Shown: positions 18,912 to 27,280 of the stretch, piece after piece | How positions within the stretch are numbered: the stretch's first letter is position 1 | How the letters are laid out: each line of letters begins with the position of its first letter | Assembly (NCBI GenBank): GCA_017964465.1 | Contig: JAGCRY010000126.1 | Coordinates: forward strand, 1,524-65,523 | DNA length: 64,000 nucleotides | Source of the DNA: Bacteroidales bacterium | Lineage (GTDB): Bacteria > Bacteroidota > Bacteroidia > Bacteroidales > UBA3824 | Direction of reading: 5' to 3' | Position numbers and translations under genes: made by a program | The notes under the pieces: model-generated | Databases searched by the model: none | What the model saw: only the letters and a program-made list of their open reading frames with translations | What the model was told of the DNA's origin: nothing

Positions 18912-19757
18912 GTGAAACTATCAATAATAGGACTTGGACTTTTGGGCAGTTGTATGGCGTTGGACTTGCGCAAGCGCAAGTTCGCCGACAAGATTTATGG
19001 CTATGATAAAAGTCCTGTAAATCAAGAATATGCGCTCCGTGTTGGGCTCATCGACGAGGGCGCGGACTCCATGGAGTCTGTCATTTCAAAAGGCGACATA
19101 ATCATTGTGGCGATACCCGTGTCGGCGGCTTTGAAAATGTTGCCGCAGATATTGGATAAAATCTCTGACAATCAGATTGTTGTCGATGTTTGCTCCACAA
19201 AACATTCGCTCTGTGAGCGCGTGAAATACCATCCAAACCGTGCGCGTTACGTGGCATGTCACCCGATGGCGGGTACTGAAAATTCAGGACCGTGGTCTGC
19301 AATTTCATGCATGTTCGATTCGAGGGCGGTGATTATGTGCGACACCGAGGATTCTGATGAGGATGCAGTGAAAATTGTACGCAAAATGTTTGAGGCGTTG
19401 AATATGAATCCCATGTTCTTCTCATCCTCAAACCACGACATCCACGTTGCATACATCTCCCACATCTCCCATGTGAGCGCATACGCACTCGCAAACACGG
19501 TTTTGGACAAGGAAAAGAATGAGAAAAACATCTTCCACCTTGCTTCCGGCGGTTTCAATTCGACTGTCCGCATCGCAAAATCAAGCGCGGACATGTGGGT
19601 GCCAATTTTCGATGACAACAAGGAAAACGTCATGACAGTTCTCAACACCTACATCGAGAATTTGCAGGAGTTCAAGCGGCTTCTCGAAACAGACGACACC
19701 GTTGGTCTGAACGAGTACATCACAAAAGCAAACCACATCCGCAAGGTTTTGAAGTAA
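18912..19757 (+). CDS. tyrA: Prephenate dehydrogenase
   Basis: N-terminal Rossmann motif IIGLGLLGS, then HPMAGTE, 281 aa, in the aromatic operon. GTG start as in the track. Confidence 0.85.
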   Translation: MKLSIIGLGLLGSCMALDLRKRKFADKIYGYDKSPVNQEYALRVGLIDEGADSMESVISKGDIIIVAIPVSAALKMLPQILDKISDNQIVVDVCSTKHSLCERVKYHPNRARYVACHPMAGTENSGPWSAISCMFDSRAVIMCDTEDSDEDAVKIVRKMFEALNMNPMFFSSSNHDIHVAYISHISHVSAYALANTVLDKEKNEKNIFHLASGGFNSTVRIAKSSADMWVPIFDDNKENVMTVLNTYIENLQEFKRLLETDDTVGLNEYITKANHIRKVLK

Positions 19758-19792
19758 TTCATAATTCGTAACTCATAATTCAATAAATTGAA
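19755..19792 (+). repeat. Heptamer tract (AATTCAT-like) between tyrA and the DAHP synthase gene
   Basis: taattcataattcgtaactcataattcaataaattgaa lies directly before ATG 19793. It has 7-nt periodicity and is nearly G-free. Confidence 0.8.
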
Positions 19793-20851
19793 ATGAAATA
19801 TTTTGCAGACATCTTCGGTGACAAGCCGTGGATAATTTCCGGCCCCTGTTCTGCCGAGACTAAAGAACAGACTTTGGAAACAGCCCGTCAGTTGGCGTCT
19901 AATGGCATAAAGGTTTTCCGTGCGGGAATTTGGAAGCCGCGCACGCGCCCGGGCAATTTTGAGGGCGTTGGAGAGATTGGTCTCGAATGGCTCCAGGATG
20001 TGAAGCGCGAGACTGGCATGTTGACCGCCACTGAGGTTGCAAACGCAAAGCATGTATGGTCGGCGATTAAAGGCGGCATCGACATCATCTGGATTGGTGC
20101 GCGTACAACGGCAAATCCGTTCATGATGCAGGACATCGCCGAGAGCCTCAAGGGTTGTAATATTCCTGTTCTCGTGAAAAACCCCGTAAACCCCGATGTT
20201 GAGTTGTGGCTTGGTGCGATTGAGCGTCTTGAGTCTGTCGGACTTAGCAAGATTGGCCTGATTCACAGGGGTTTTTCAAGCTATGAGAAGATTCTGTACC
20301 GCAATGAGCCGGGATGGAAAATTGGCATGGAAATCAAACGCCGCCGCCCCGACCTGCCGCTGTTCTGCGACCCGTCACACATCGCCGGCAAGAGGGACTA
20401 TCTTTTTGAGTTGTCGCAGAAGGCAATGGACTTGAATTTTGACGGTCTGATGATTGAATCTCACATCAACCCCGATAAAGCATGGAGCGACGCAAAGCAG
20501 CAGCTCACCCCTGCCGCACTCAAAGAGATGCTCGGCAAACTCGTTGTGCGCAAGGTTAATCCCGCAACGGCCTCCATGGAGTCTCTCAATGAATTGCGTT
20601 TCCATATCGACCAGATGGACTCCGACATTATCGACATGCTCCGCAAACGCATGGATGTCTGCGTGAAGATTGGTGAATACAAGAAGGCTAACAACATGAC
20701 CGCATTCCAGCCGTCGCGTTGGGACTCCATACTCACAAAGTATGTCGGCATGGCTAAGGAACGCGACCTCGATGAGAATTTTGTTGCTCAGGTGTTCTCC
20801 GCTATCCACGATGCGTCTGTGAACGTCCAGACCAAAGTGCTTAACAGTTAG
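19793..20851 (+). CDS. Bifunctional 3-deoxy-7-phosphoheptulonate (DAHP) synthase (type I-beta, KDO8PS-like) and chorismate mutase
   Basis: The N-terminal ~260 aa carry GPCSAE, FRAGIWKPRT and DPSH motifs. The C-terminal ~90 aa (LNELRFHIDQMDSDIIDMLRKRMDVCVKIGEYK...) look like an AroQ-type chorismate mutase. Confidence 0.88.
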   Translation: MKYFADIFGDKPWIISGPCSAETKEQTLETARQLASNGIKVFRAGIWKPRTRPGNFEGVGEIGLEWLQDVKRETGMLTATEVANAKHVWSAIKGGIDIIWIGARTTANPFMMQDIAESLKGCNIPVLVKNPVNPDVELWLGAIERLESVGLSKIGLIHRGFSSYEKILYRNEPGWKIGMEIKRRRPDLPLFCDPSHIAGKRDYLFELSQKAMDLNFDGLMIESHINPDKAWSDAKQQLTPAALKEMLGKLVVRKVNPATASMESLNELRFHIDQMDSDIIDMLRKRMDVCVKIGEYKKANNMTAFQPSRWDSILTKYVGMAKERDLDENFVAQVFSAIHDASVNVQTKVLNS

Positions 20852-20862
20852 TCTTCAAAATC

Positions 20863-21507
20863 ATGTTGTACGTATGCTTGTCGGCGGAAGGCGTGGAGAA
20901 CGCCCTCCGTCAACTTGGCGACGAGAAGTGCGCCGAGTTGCGTGTGGATTTGGTTAAGCCGTCGATGGACGAGATGGTGAAATTAGTTTCCAAAAAGGAT
21001 TTCAGTTTTATCGTGACGTGCCGTCCGGGAGTTTTCGATGAGGAGACTTCACTGAAATACTTGGCGACCGCCGCAAAACATGGCGCGGACTATATCGACA
21101 TTGAGATTGAACGCGGCGCGGAGGTTGCTTCAAGAATGAAAGCCGCCTGTGAAGGCTCGGGATGCAAATTGATTATTTCATATCATAATTTTGAATGTAC
21201 TCCGTCTTTTGAAGAGTTGAGAAAAATCATAATGGAATGTCGTGGACGCGGCGCGGATATTGTGAAAATCGCGTGCAAGGTAAATTCCACGGCAGACAAT
21301 TCAACTTTGATGTCGCTATATGGCGAAGGCGAAGGGATTGTGGCTTTCGGAATGGGGACGCTTGGTCAGGTTTCGAGGCTTGCGTCGCTTGGATGTGGAG
21401 CAAAGTTTACATACGTCGCTTCAGATTTTGGTGATGGCACTGCGCCCGGTCAGCTCAACGTTTCACAGATGAGGAGGTATGTCAATGAATTAGGAATTAA
21501 GTTGTAG
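20863..21507 (+). CDS. aroD: Type I 3-dehydroquinate dehydratase
   Basis: ELRVDL, ISYHNFECTP, DIVKIACK (catalytic Lys context), GxxGQVSR, APGQL. Confidence 0.8.
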   Translation: MLYVCLSAEGVENALRQLGDEKCAELRVDLVKPSMDEMVKLVSKKDFSFIVTCRPGVFDEETSLKYLATAAKHGADYIDIEIERGAEVASRMKAACEGSGCKLIISYHNFECTPSFEELRKIIMECRGRGADIVKIACKVNSTADNSTLMSLYGEGEGIVAFGMGTLGQVSRLASLGCGAKFTYVASDFGDGTAPGQLNVSQMRRYVNELGIKL

Positions 21508-21519
21508 TTATTATTTTTG

Positions 21520-22011
21520 TTATTTTCCTTGCGCTTGGGACGAGTTCTCGAGTGCAAGGATTTTTTGTGTATTGAGGATTGTGACGATTTTGTCCTCATG
21601 GTTATATACACCTTCCGAGAGAGAAGCGTCGATGTGGGAGTCGAAATCGTTTATTGGGATGATATCTATTGGTTTTATGCTTATTACGTCGCTGACCCTT
21701 TCTACGATTGCACCCGCAATGAGATGTAAATCAGCGTCTTCCTTGTTTGTCTCCAAAACGATTATTGCGCAATCTTCGTCGGCGACAGGCTCGTGTATGC
21801 GCGTGAGGTGGCATTTCGCCATTACGTCGATAGCCGGCAGGATTTCACCGCGAAAATTGAAAACACCTTTTATATAATGGTCACATTGTGGTATGGCGGT
21901 TATTTTTGGACGCTCTGTCACCTCCACGACGTTATTGATGCTGAATGCGTAGAGTTGGTCGTCGAGCCAAAACGACAAGTATGGAGTGGCTCCGCTGTAG
22001 TTTTCCATCAT
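21520..22011 (-). CDS. cheW: CheW-like coupling protein
   Basis: Single CheW domain: YLSFWLDDQLYAFSINNVVEV...IKGVFNFRGEILPAIDV...IAGAIVERVSDVISI...DKIVTILNTQKIL. Confidence 0.8.
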   Translation of the reverse strand: MMENYSGATPYLSFWLDDQLYAFSINNVVEVTERPKITAIPQCDHYIKGVFNFRGEILPAIDVMAKCHLTRIHEPVADEDCAIIVLETNKEDADLHLIAGAIVERVSDVISIKPIDIIPINDFDSHIDASLSEGVYNHEDKIVTILNTQKILALENSSQAQGK

Positions 22012-22032
22012 TATGCGTTTTATGGTTTTGGC

Positions 22033-24123
22033 TTATTTTTTTAGGTATTTGATGAGTTTGTTCGTGTCGAGGACGAGTGCGATGCTGCCGTCGCCAAGCA
22101 CGCTGCCGCCGGAGAGGTATTCCTGGTTGCTGAAATATTTGCCCAACGACTTCAAAACGGCTTGATGCTCGCCGTGAACCTTGTCAAGGACGATGCCGAC
22201 GCGTGAATCCTTGTATTTAACCATGACTGCAATGCGTTCTTCGGGCGGAGTTCCGCTTATATTGAAGAATGTCCTCATGTCGAGTATGGGCAGCGGCTCG
22301 CCTTCATGGATGATGCGTCCTTTACTTTCGTCAACGTCCTTGTGTCTGATGTGGATGCAACTGTCTATTACATAGACAGGTATGAGAAGTTGAGTCTCCG
22401 CCACAGAAACGAGCAGCGCATCCACGATACTTAACGTGAGGGGAAGTTTGATGGTTGTGATTGTTCCCAAATCACATTCACTGTCCATTTCAATTTCTCC
22501 ACGAAGTTTCATGATGCTTTGTTTCACAGCGTCCATGCCTACTCCACGCCCTGAGATGCCTGTGATTTTCTGCGCCGTGGAGAATCCGGGCAGGAAAACG
22601 AGGTCGAAAAGTTGGCGGTTTGTGGGATGGTCGGTGGCTTTTATGAAGTTTTTTTCTATAGCCTTTTTCCTTAGGTATTCCGGGTTCATGCCTGCTCCGT
22701 CGTCCTGGACTTGGATGAAGACATTGTTTCCAGAATAGAACGCCGTGAATTTTATGATGCCGTGGTCGGGCTTTTTGAGTTCCCTTCGGCGTTCCACGGA
22801 TTCAATTCCATGGTCGATGCTGTTGCGGATGATGTGCATGAGGGGCACGGCGAGGTTGTCGATTATGGTCTTGTCGAGTTCCGTGTCTGTGCCTTCTGTC
22901 ACGAAGTCCACTTGTTTGCCGAGTTCTTTTGAAAGGTCGCGCACAAGCCTCTGAAATCTCAACATCAGGCTTTCAATAGGCACAAGACGTATAGACAAGG
23001 CGTTGTCTTTCAGTTTGTTTGAAAGTTTGTCAACCTTTTCGTAGATGTCGTGGAGTTCAGGAATGTCATATTTGTCGGCGATGAGAAGCATCTCCGCCTT
23101 TGTGTTCACAAACTCCGAGACGAGGTTCATCAGTTCGTCGAGTTTTTCGGAATCGACCTTTATGCCTGAATTTTTCGTGTCTGACGCCTCGATGTTTTTT
23201 GCAATGATTTTGCGCTCCGACTCTGCATTGTGGTTTGGTGCTGCGACGGGCACAGGTTGCTGGATTTGAGGCGGTTGGGGCTGTTGTGGTTCTGTGGATT
23301 CCGGCTGTTGAGGTTGGAGCAGTTGAGAGATTGCTTTGAGTTCGGCTGTGTCAATCGGGGTTTCTATGAGTTGGTATGTGGCGAGTTGCTCTTTGAAATC
23401 CTCACTTGAAAACAGGTCAATGTCGGCGATTTTTTCGAGTTTGACCTCGTCATGGACAAACAGGAAAATTTCTTCGAGTTCATTGAAAGGCAGTTCAGTG
23501 GCGAACACAGCCTCCCAATACATGTAGAACTTTCCATTGTCCGCCTGGTCGTCGCGCCATGAACGTGTGAAAATCGTGTTTTCACCGAGATCCTTGATGC
23601 TGTTCAGTATTCCTTTTATGTTCACGCCACGGTTTGTGATGTCGGCTTCCGGCGCAAACATCATGTAATATGTGCAGATGTTTTTTTGGGGAGGAAGGTC
23701 GCCGCCGTTTTGTGAAGTGTTATTGGATTGTGTGCGGTTGTCAGTGCCATTTATCGCCGCAACCCGTGCCAAAAAGTCGTTCACAAGCGCATCGTCGCCG
23801 TCCTCTGGCTGGTTCAGAAGATGGCGTAACAAGTCCACGCACTCGAGGGTCAGTGTGCTAACGTCCTTGCTTACTGAGCCTTGGGTGTCGCGAATCTTGC
23901 TGTAGATACTTTCAACGTCGTGGGTTATCTTTTCGACAGTCTTGAAGTCGTACATCGCGCTTGTTCCCTTGATGGTGTGCATCACTCGGAACACTTGGTT
24001 TATCTCGTCGATGCTGGATGGGTTTTGCTCCAATGTGAGAATCGCCCCTTCCATTTCGTTGAGCATGTCGTTGACTTCCTCGACGTATTTGAGTTTGAAT
24101 TGCTGTAAAGACGGCTGTGACAT
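22033..24123 (-). CDS. cheA: CheA-type histidine kinase (Hpt, unknown ~170-aa region, Q/P linker, dimerisation domain, HATPase, CheW-like domain)
   Basis: Hpt phospho-site context FRVMHTIKGTSAMY. Dimerisation region IKVDSEKLDELMNLVSEFV. ATP-binding boxes HIIRNSIDHGIE, DDGAGM, GFST, GRGVGMD. C-terminal CheW-like domain LLVSVAETQLLIPVYVIDS...GSIALVLDTNKL. Confidence 0.85.
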   Translation of the reverse strand: MSQPSLQQFKLKYVEEVNDMLNEMEGAILTLEQNPSSIDEINQVFRVMHTIKGTSAMYDFKTVEKITHDVESIYSKIRDTQGSVSKDVSTLTLECVDLLRHLLNQPEDGDDALVNDFLARVAAINGTDNRTQSNNTSQNGGDLPPQKNICTYYMMFAPEADITNRGVNIKGILNSIKDLGENTIFTRSWRDDQADNGKFYMYWEAVFATELPFNELEEIFLFVHDEVKLEKIADIDLFSSEDFKEQLATYQLIETPIDTAELKAISQLLQPQQPESTEPQQPQPPQIQQPVPVAAPNHNAESERKIIAKNIEASDTKNSGIKVDSEKLDELMNLVSEFVNTKAEMLLIADKYDIPELHDIYEKVDKLSNKLKDNALSIRLVPIESLMLRFQRLVRDLSKELGKQVDFVTEGTDTELDKTIIDNLAVPLMHIIRNSIDHGIESVERRRELKKPDHGIIKFTAFYSGNNVFIQVQDDGAGMNPEYLRKKAIEKNFIKATDHPTNRQLFDLVFLPGFSTAQKITGISGRGVGMDAVKQSIMKLRGEIEMDSECDLGTITTIKLPLTLSIVDALLVSVAETQLLIPVYVIDSCIHIRHKDVDESKGRIIHEGEPLPILDMRTFFNISGTPPEERIAVMVKYKDSRVGIVLDKVHGEHQAVLKSLGKYFSNQEYLSGGSVLGDGSIALVLDTNKLIKYLKK

Positions 24124-24140
24124 TGGCTGTTGTGGTTTTT

Positions 24141-24917
24141 TTATTGGAGAGCCCTCTTTATGAACGAGAGGAACTTGTCAATGACAAACGGCTTCTGAAT
24201 CCATCCAGTAATGCCAATCTGTTTGGATTTCTGGCGTTTTTCCTCGTTGATTTCCGTCGTGAGCAGGAGAATCGGGATGCTCCTGTAGGTCGGGATGCTC
24301 TTCACAGTCTCTGCAAGTTCAAGTCCGTTCTTGCGCGGCATGTTGAGGTCTGTGACGAGCAGGTCGATTTTCCGTCCGTCAAAGTATTTCAACGCGTCTT
24401 GACCGTCGGTTGCTTTGAGCACCTCATATCCAGCCTGTTTGAGTGTGAACTCGATGACGAATCGGGTGTTCTCAAAGTCGTCGGCGATGAGGATTGTCTT
24501 CTTTGAGTTCTCGTCGGTGTTCTTTTCCGGCGAAATCTCCTTGCTGAAGAAAACTTCCGCCCTCGGGTTCTGGAGTATCTGGCGGAAAATCTGCGAGTTG
24601 TCGCTGAGTTTGAGAAGGTATCCACGCGCTCCGGCTTCGATGAGGTCGTTGACATACTTCTTGTTGTCATACATCGAGAGGCCGATGATGACGAGCGACG
24701 GGTTCTTTTTGAGCGCCTCTTTTGTTGCCTCGATGCCGTTCATCTCCGGCATTTCGATGTCTATGAACACGAGGTCCGGGTCGCACTCGTCGAGGAGTTT
24801 CAGAAATTCCACGCCGTTTGATGCTTCGGCGATGATTTCAACGTCGCCGAGTTTCTGCAGCAGGGTCTTGATTGCGTTCCTGTAAACGAGTTTGTCGTCC
24901 ACTAATATAATTTTCAT
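24141..24917 (-). CDS. Dual-receiver (REC-REC) response regulator without an output domain
   Basis: REC1: MKIILVDD...DLVFIDIEMPEMNGIEA...IIGLSMY...GARGYLLK (NarL-type receiver features). REC2: KTILIADD...DLLVTDLNMPRKNGLEL...PILLLTTE...GITGWIQKP (CheY-type). No HTH or enzymatic domain. ATG 24917 is preferred; the track start at 24947 is possible. Confidence 0.8.
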   Translation of the reverse strand: MKIILVDDKLVYRNAIKTLLQKLGDVEIIAEASNGVEFLKLLDECDPDLVFIDIEMPEMNGIEATKEALKKNPSLVIIGLSMYDNKKYVNDLIEAGARGYLLKLSDNSQIFRQILQNPRAEVFFSKEISPEKNTDENSKKTILIADDFENTRFVIEFTLKQAGYEVLKATDGQDALKYFDGRKIDLLVTDLNMPRKNGLELAETVKSIPTYRSIPILLLTTEINEEKRQKSKQIGITGWIQKPFVIDKFLSFIKRALQ

Positions 24918-24949
24918 GTTTTTCAGTCTGTTTATTATTGTTAACAATA

Positions 24950-26809
24950 TTATTCCTTAGTTATGTAAGCCTCGTTAGGCAGTTCGATGTCCACTTGGAC
25001 GCCGTTGCCAGGCGAGGACTTGAATTCGCATGTGCCGTCGAGGGCTTTTGCTCGTCCCATGATGTTCGATATGCCCATCGTTGTGCTTTCGGACGATGCA
25101 AGGTGTTTTTCAACGTCGAAACCAATGCCGTCGTCGGCGTAATGGATTTTCAGCGTTGGGCCTGTGGAGTCCAGCGTCAGGTAAACATTTTTGGCTTCGG
25201 CATATTTCATCGTGTTGTTTATCAACTCGTTGATGATTCTGTATAATGACAGTTCGCGGGCTTTGTCTTTGAGTTCCGTGAAATTTTCATGGTCGAAATG
25301 GAAGTTAATCAGGTGGGAACTCTGGAGACCTTCAATGATGTTGCACACTGTCGCCACAAGTCCAAACCTTGTCAGGATGACTGGATGCAGGTTGTTGGCG
25401 ATGTCCTTCACGTTCTCTATAGCCTGTCCCACGAGGTCTTTCGTCAGGCGCAAGGTCTTGAATATTTCGTCGATTTCCGCGCCGCCTGAAAGAATGAGGT
25501 TTATGTAGATGTTTATGCTCGACAAAACCGCGCCGAGTCCGTCATGGAGCTCCTGCGCAAGTAAGGTGCGTTCGCGTTCCTCCGCCGCCTGTGAAGCGTT
25601 CATGATTTCGTTGTCCATGTTTCGGAACTGCGTCACATCGCTGAAAATGAGCATCAGGCTTGCCTCGCCGGTAGTCTTTAGCATGGAGGCGGTGATTTCA
25701 ATGTATGTTTTTGTGCCGTCGGGGTTTTGGATTGTTGTCTGTGTCGTTTCAAAAATCGGCGGCTTGTCAACCTTCGACACAAGTTCCTCGATGATTTCCA
25801 TTTGTTTTGCGTCGAGGATTTTGTTGAGCGGAGAGCCTGTGCAGTTGATGTTGCGCCTGATGCCGAACAATTCCAGGAACCGCCTGTTGTAGCGGTGGAT
25901 ATGGAGGTCGAGGCTTGTCGTGAGTATGCCTTTCGCGCTGTATTTGAAAATGCTTGCAACTTCCTTTTCAAGTTTGAGGAGCTTGAGTTCGAGGTCGCGG
26001 CGCGTTGCTATGTCGTCGCTGCCTCCCGTTTCGATTGTGCGCGTCTTGATTGCTATGTATTCATTTAGCCCTTCATACTCATTGAGCGGTATTGCCGTGG
26101 TTTCGAGTATGGCGGGTTCGCTGTCCCTTTTGCGTTGAGAGATGTATCTCGATGGCGCGGTCGTCGGCGATGAGGCGATTTGTGCAAAAATTTCGCGCTC
26201 CTGATCGGAGAGTGGTATTTCAGATATGTTTCGCCCGTCGATGACTGTGCCAGATGGCAGTCCGAGGATTGAGCCGGAGGATTGGGTCGCGGCGGCGATT
26301 GTACCGTCCGGGCGGCACAAAATCACAGATTCGCTTGCATGGTCGCTGATGACCTGAAGTACGGCTGCCTTTTCCAAGGCGTTGTCGCGCTGTTCGGTGA
26401 GTTTGCGGATTTTTTCAGTTATGGCTTCCGACGGTCTTGAAGCGTCGATGCGTCGGCGGATGCGGATTTGGAGTTCTGTGGTGCTGAACGGCTTGCATAG
26501 GTAGTCGTCCGCACCTGCCAGGAATCCAGTCGCAATGTCGTCGGATGTGTTACGGGCGGAGATGATGATAATCGGGATTTGTTGGGTTGCTGGGTTTGCT
26601 TTGAGTTCGCTGCATATCGTAAGGCCGTCCTTGCCGGGCATTAGCACGTCGAGGAGAATCAGGTCTGGCTTTATGCTCGTCGCCTGGTTTTCCGCGATTG
26701 TGCCGTCCGAAAGCGTCACGACGTCATATTCCTCGCTGAGCATCGCCTTGAGCATCACGAGGTTAACGTCGTTGTCGTCGATGGCAAGTATTTTGTCTTT
26801 CTGGTTCAT
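24950..26809 (-). CDS. Receiver-PAS-PAS-HisKA_3-HATPase_c hybrid sensor kinase
   Basis: N-terminal REC (KILAIDDNDVN...DLILLDVLMPGKDGL...PIIIISA...DDYLCKPF). Two PAS-like blocks. H-box LAQELHDGLG (HisKA_3, NarX/DegS type). ATP-binding boxes NELINNTMKYA, DDGIGF, GISNIMGRA. ATG 26809 forms an ATGA overlap with the recX stop; the track start at 26836 is possible. Confidence 0.8.
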   Translation of the reverse strand: MNQKDKILAIDDNDVNLVMLKAMLSEEYDVVTLSDGTIAENQATSIKPDLILLDVLMPGKDGLTICSELKANPATQQIPIIIISARNTSDDIATGFLAGADDYLCKPFSTTELQIRIRRRIDASRPSEAITEKIRKLTEQRDNALEKAAVLQVISDHASESVILCRPDGTIAAATQSSGSILGLPSGTVIDGRNISEIPLSDQEREIFAQIASSPTTAPSRYISQRKRDSEPAILETTAIPLNEYEGLNEYIAIKTRTIETGGSDDIATRRDLELKLLKLEKEVASIFKYSAKGILTTSLDLHIHRYNRRFLELFGIRRNINCTGSPLNKILDAKQMEIIEELVSKVDKPPIFETTQTTIQNPDGTKTYIEITASMLKTTGEASLMLIFSDVTQFRNMDNEIMNASQAAEERERTLLAQELHDGLGAVLSSINIYINLILSGGAEIDEIFKTLRLTKDLVGQAIENVKDIANNLHPVILTRFGLVATVCNIIEGLQSSHLINFHFDHENFTELKDKARELSLYRIINELINNTMKYAEAKNVYLTLDSTGPTLKIHYADDGIGFDVEKHLASSESTTMGISNIMGRAKALDGTCEFKSSPGNGVQVDIELPNEAYITKE

Positions 26810-27270
26810 ATCAGCGTCGTTATCACTTCTTTGCAAATTTCAATGCTGTATCCTCTCGAAACTCCAAACCGCATGAGTTTCTCCCATATCTTTTGTTTCG
26901 GCTCGTCACCTTTTATACCCCGCAATTTTTTTGCCATTTCGTCGGCTACCGTCTGCTTTTCATGTTCCGTGTCTATGGCGTTTTCGAGTGCGGCGTTTAT
27001 GATTTGAGCCGGTATATGTTTCATTTTTAGCGCGTTGGCAATTTTTTTCGAGCCCCATCTTGAAAACCTGAACTTGTCGGCGGCGAAGGCTTCCGCGTAC
27101 CGTGCGTTGTCTATGAACTTGTTTTCGGTCAGGTATTCAACTGCGGCTTCCGCATCTTCCTGGCTTGCGCCGTGAGAGAGCATATACTCCATGGCGTCAT
27201 GTTCACATTTTTCACTGCGTGAGCATAATGCCGTTAACCTTCTGAGTATTATTAAGTTGCCTGCGTCCAT
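26806..27270 (-). CDS. recX: RecX-like regulatory protein
   Basis: 154 aa of three-helix repeats. LCSRSEKCEHDAMEYMLSHG...AVEYLTENKFIDNARYAEAFAADKFRFSRWGSKKIANALKMKHI is typical of RecX. Confidence 0.75.
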   Translation of the reverse strand: MDAGNLIILRRLTALCSRSEKCEHDAMEYMLSHGASQEDAEAAVEYLTENKFIDNARYAEAFAADKFRFSRWGSKKIANALKMKHIPAQIINAALENAIDTEHEKQTVADEMAKKLRGIKGDEPKQKIWEKLMRFGVSRGYSIEICKEVITTLI

Positions 27271-27280
27271 GTCGTTTCCC

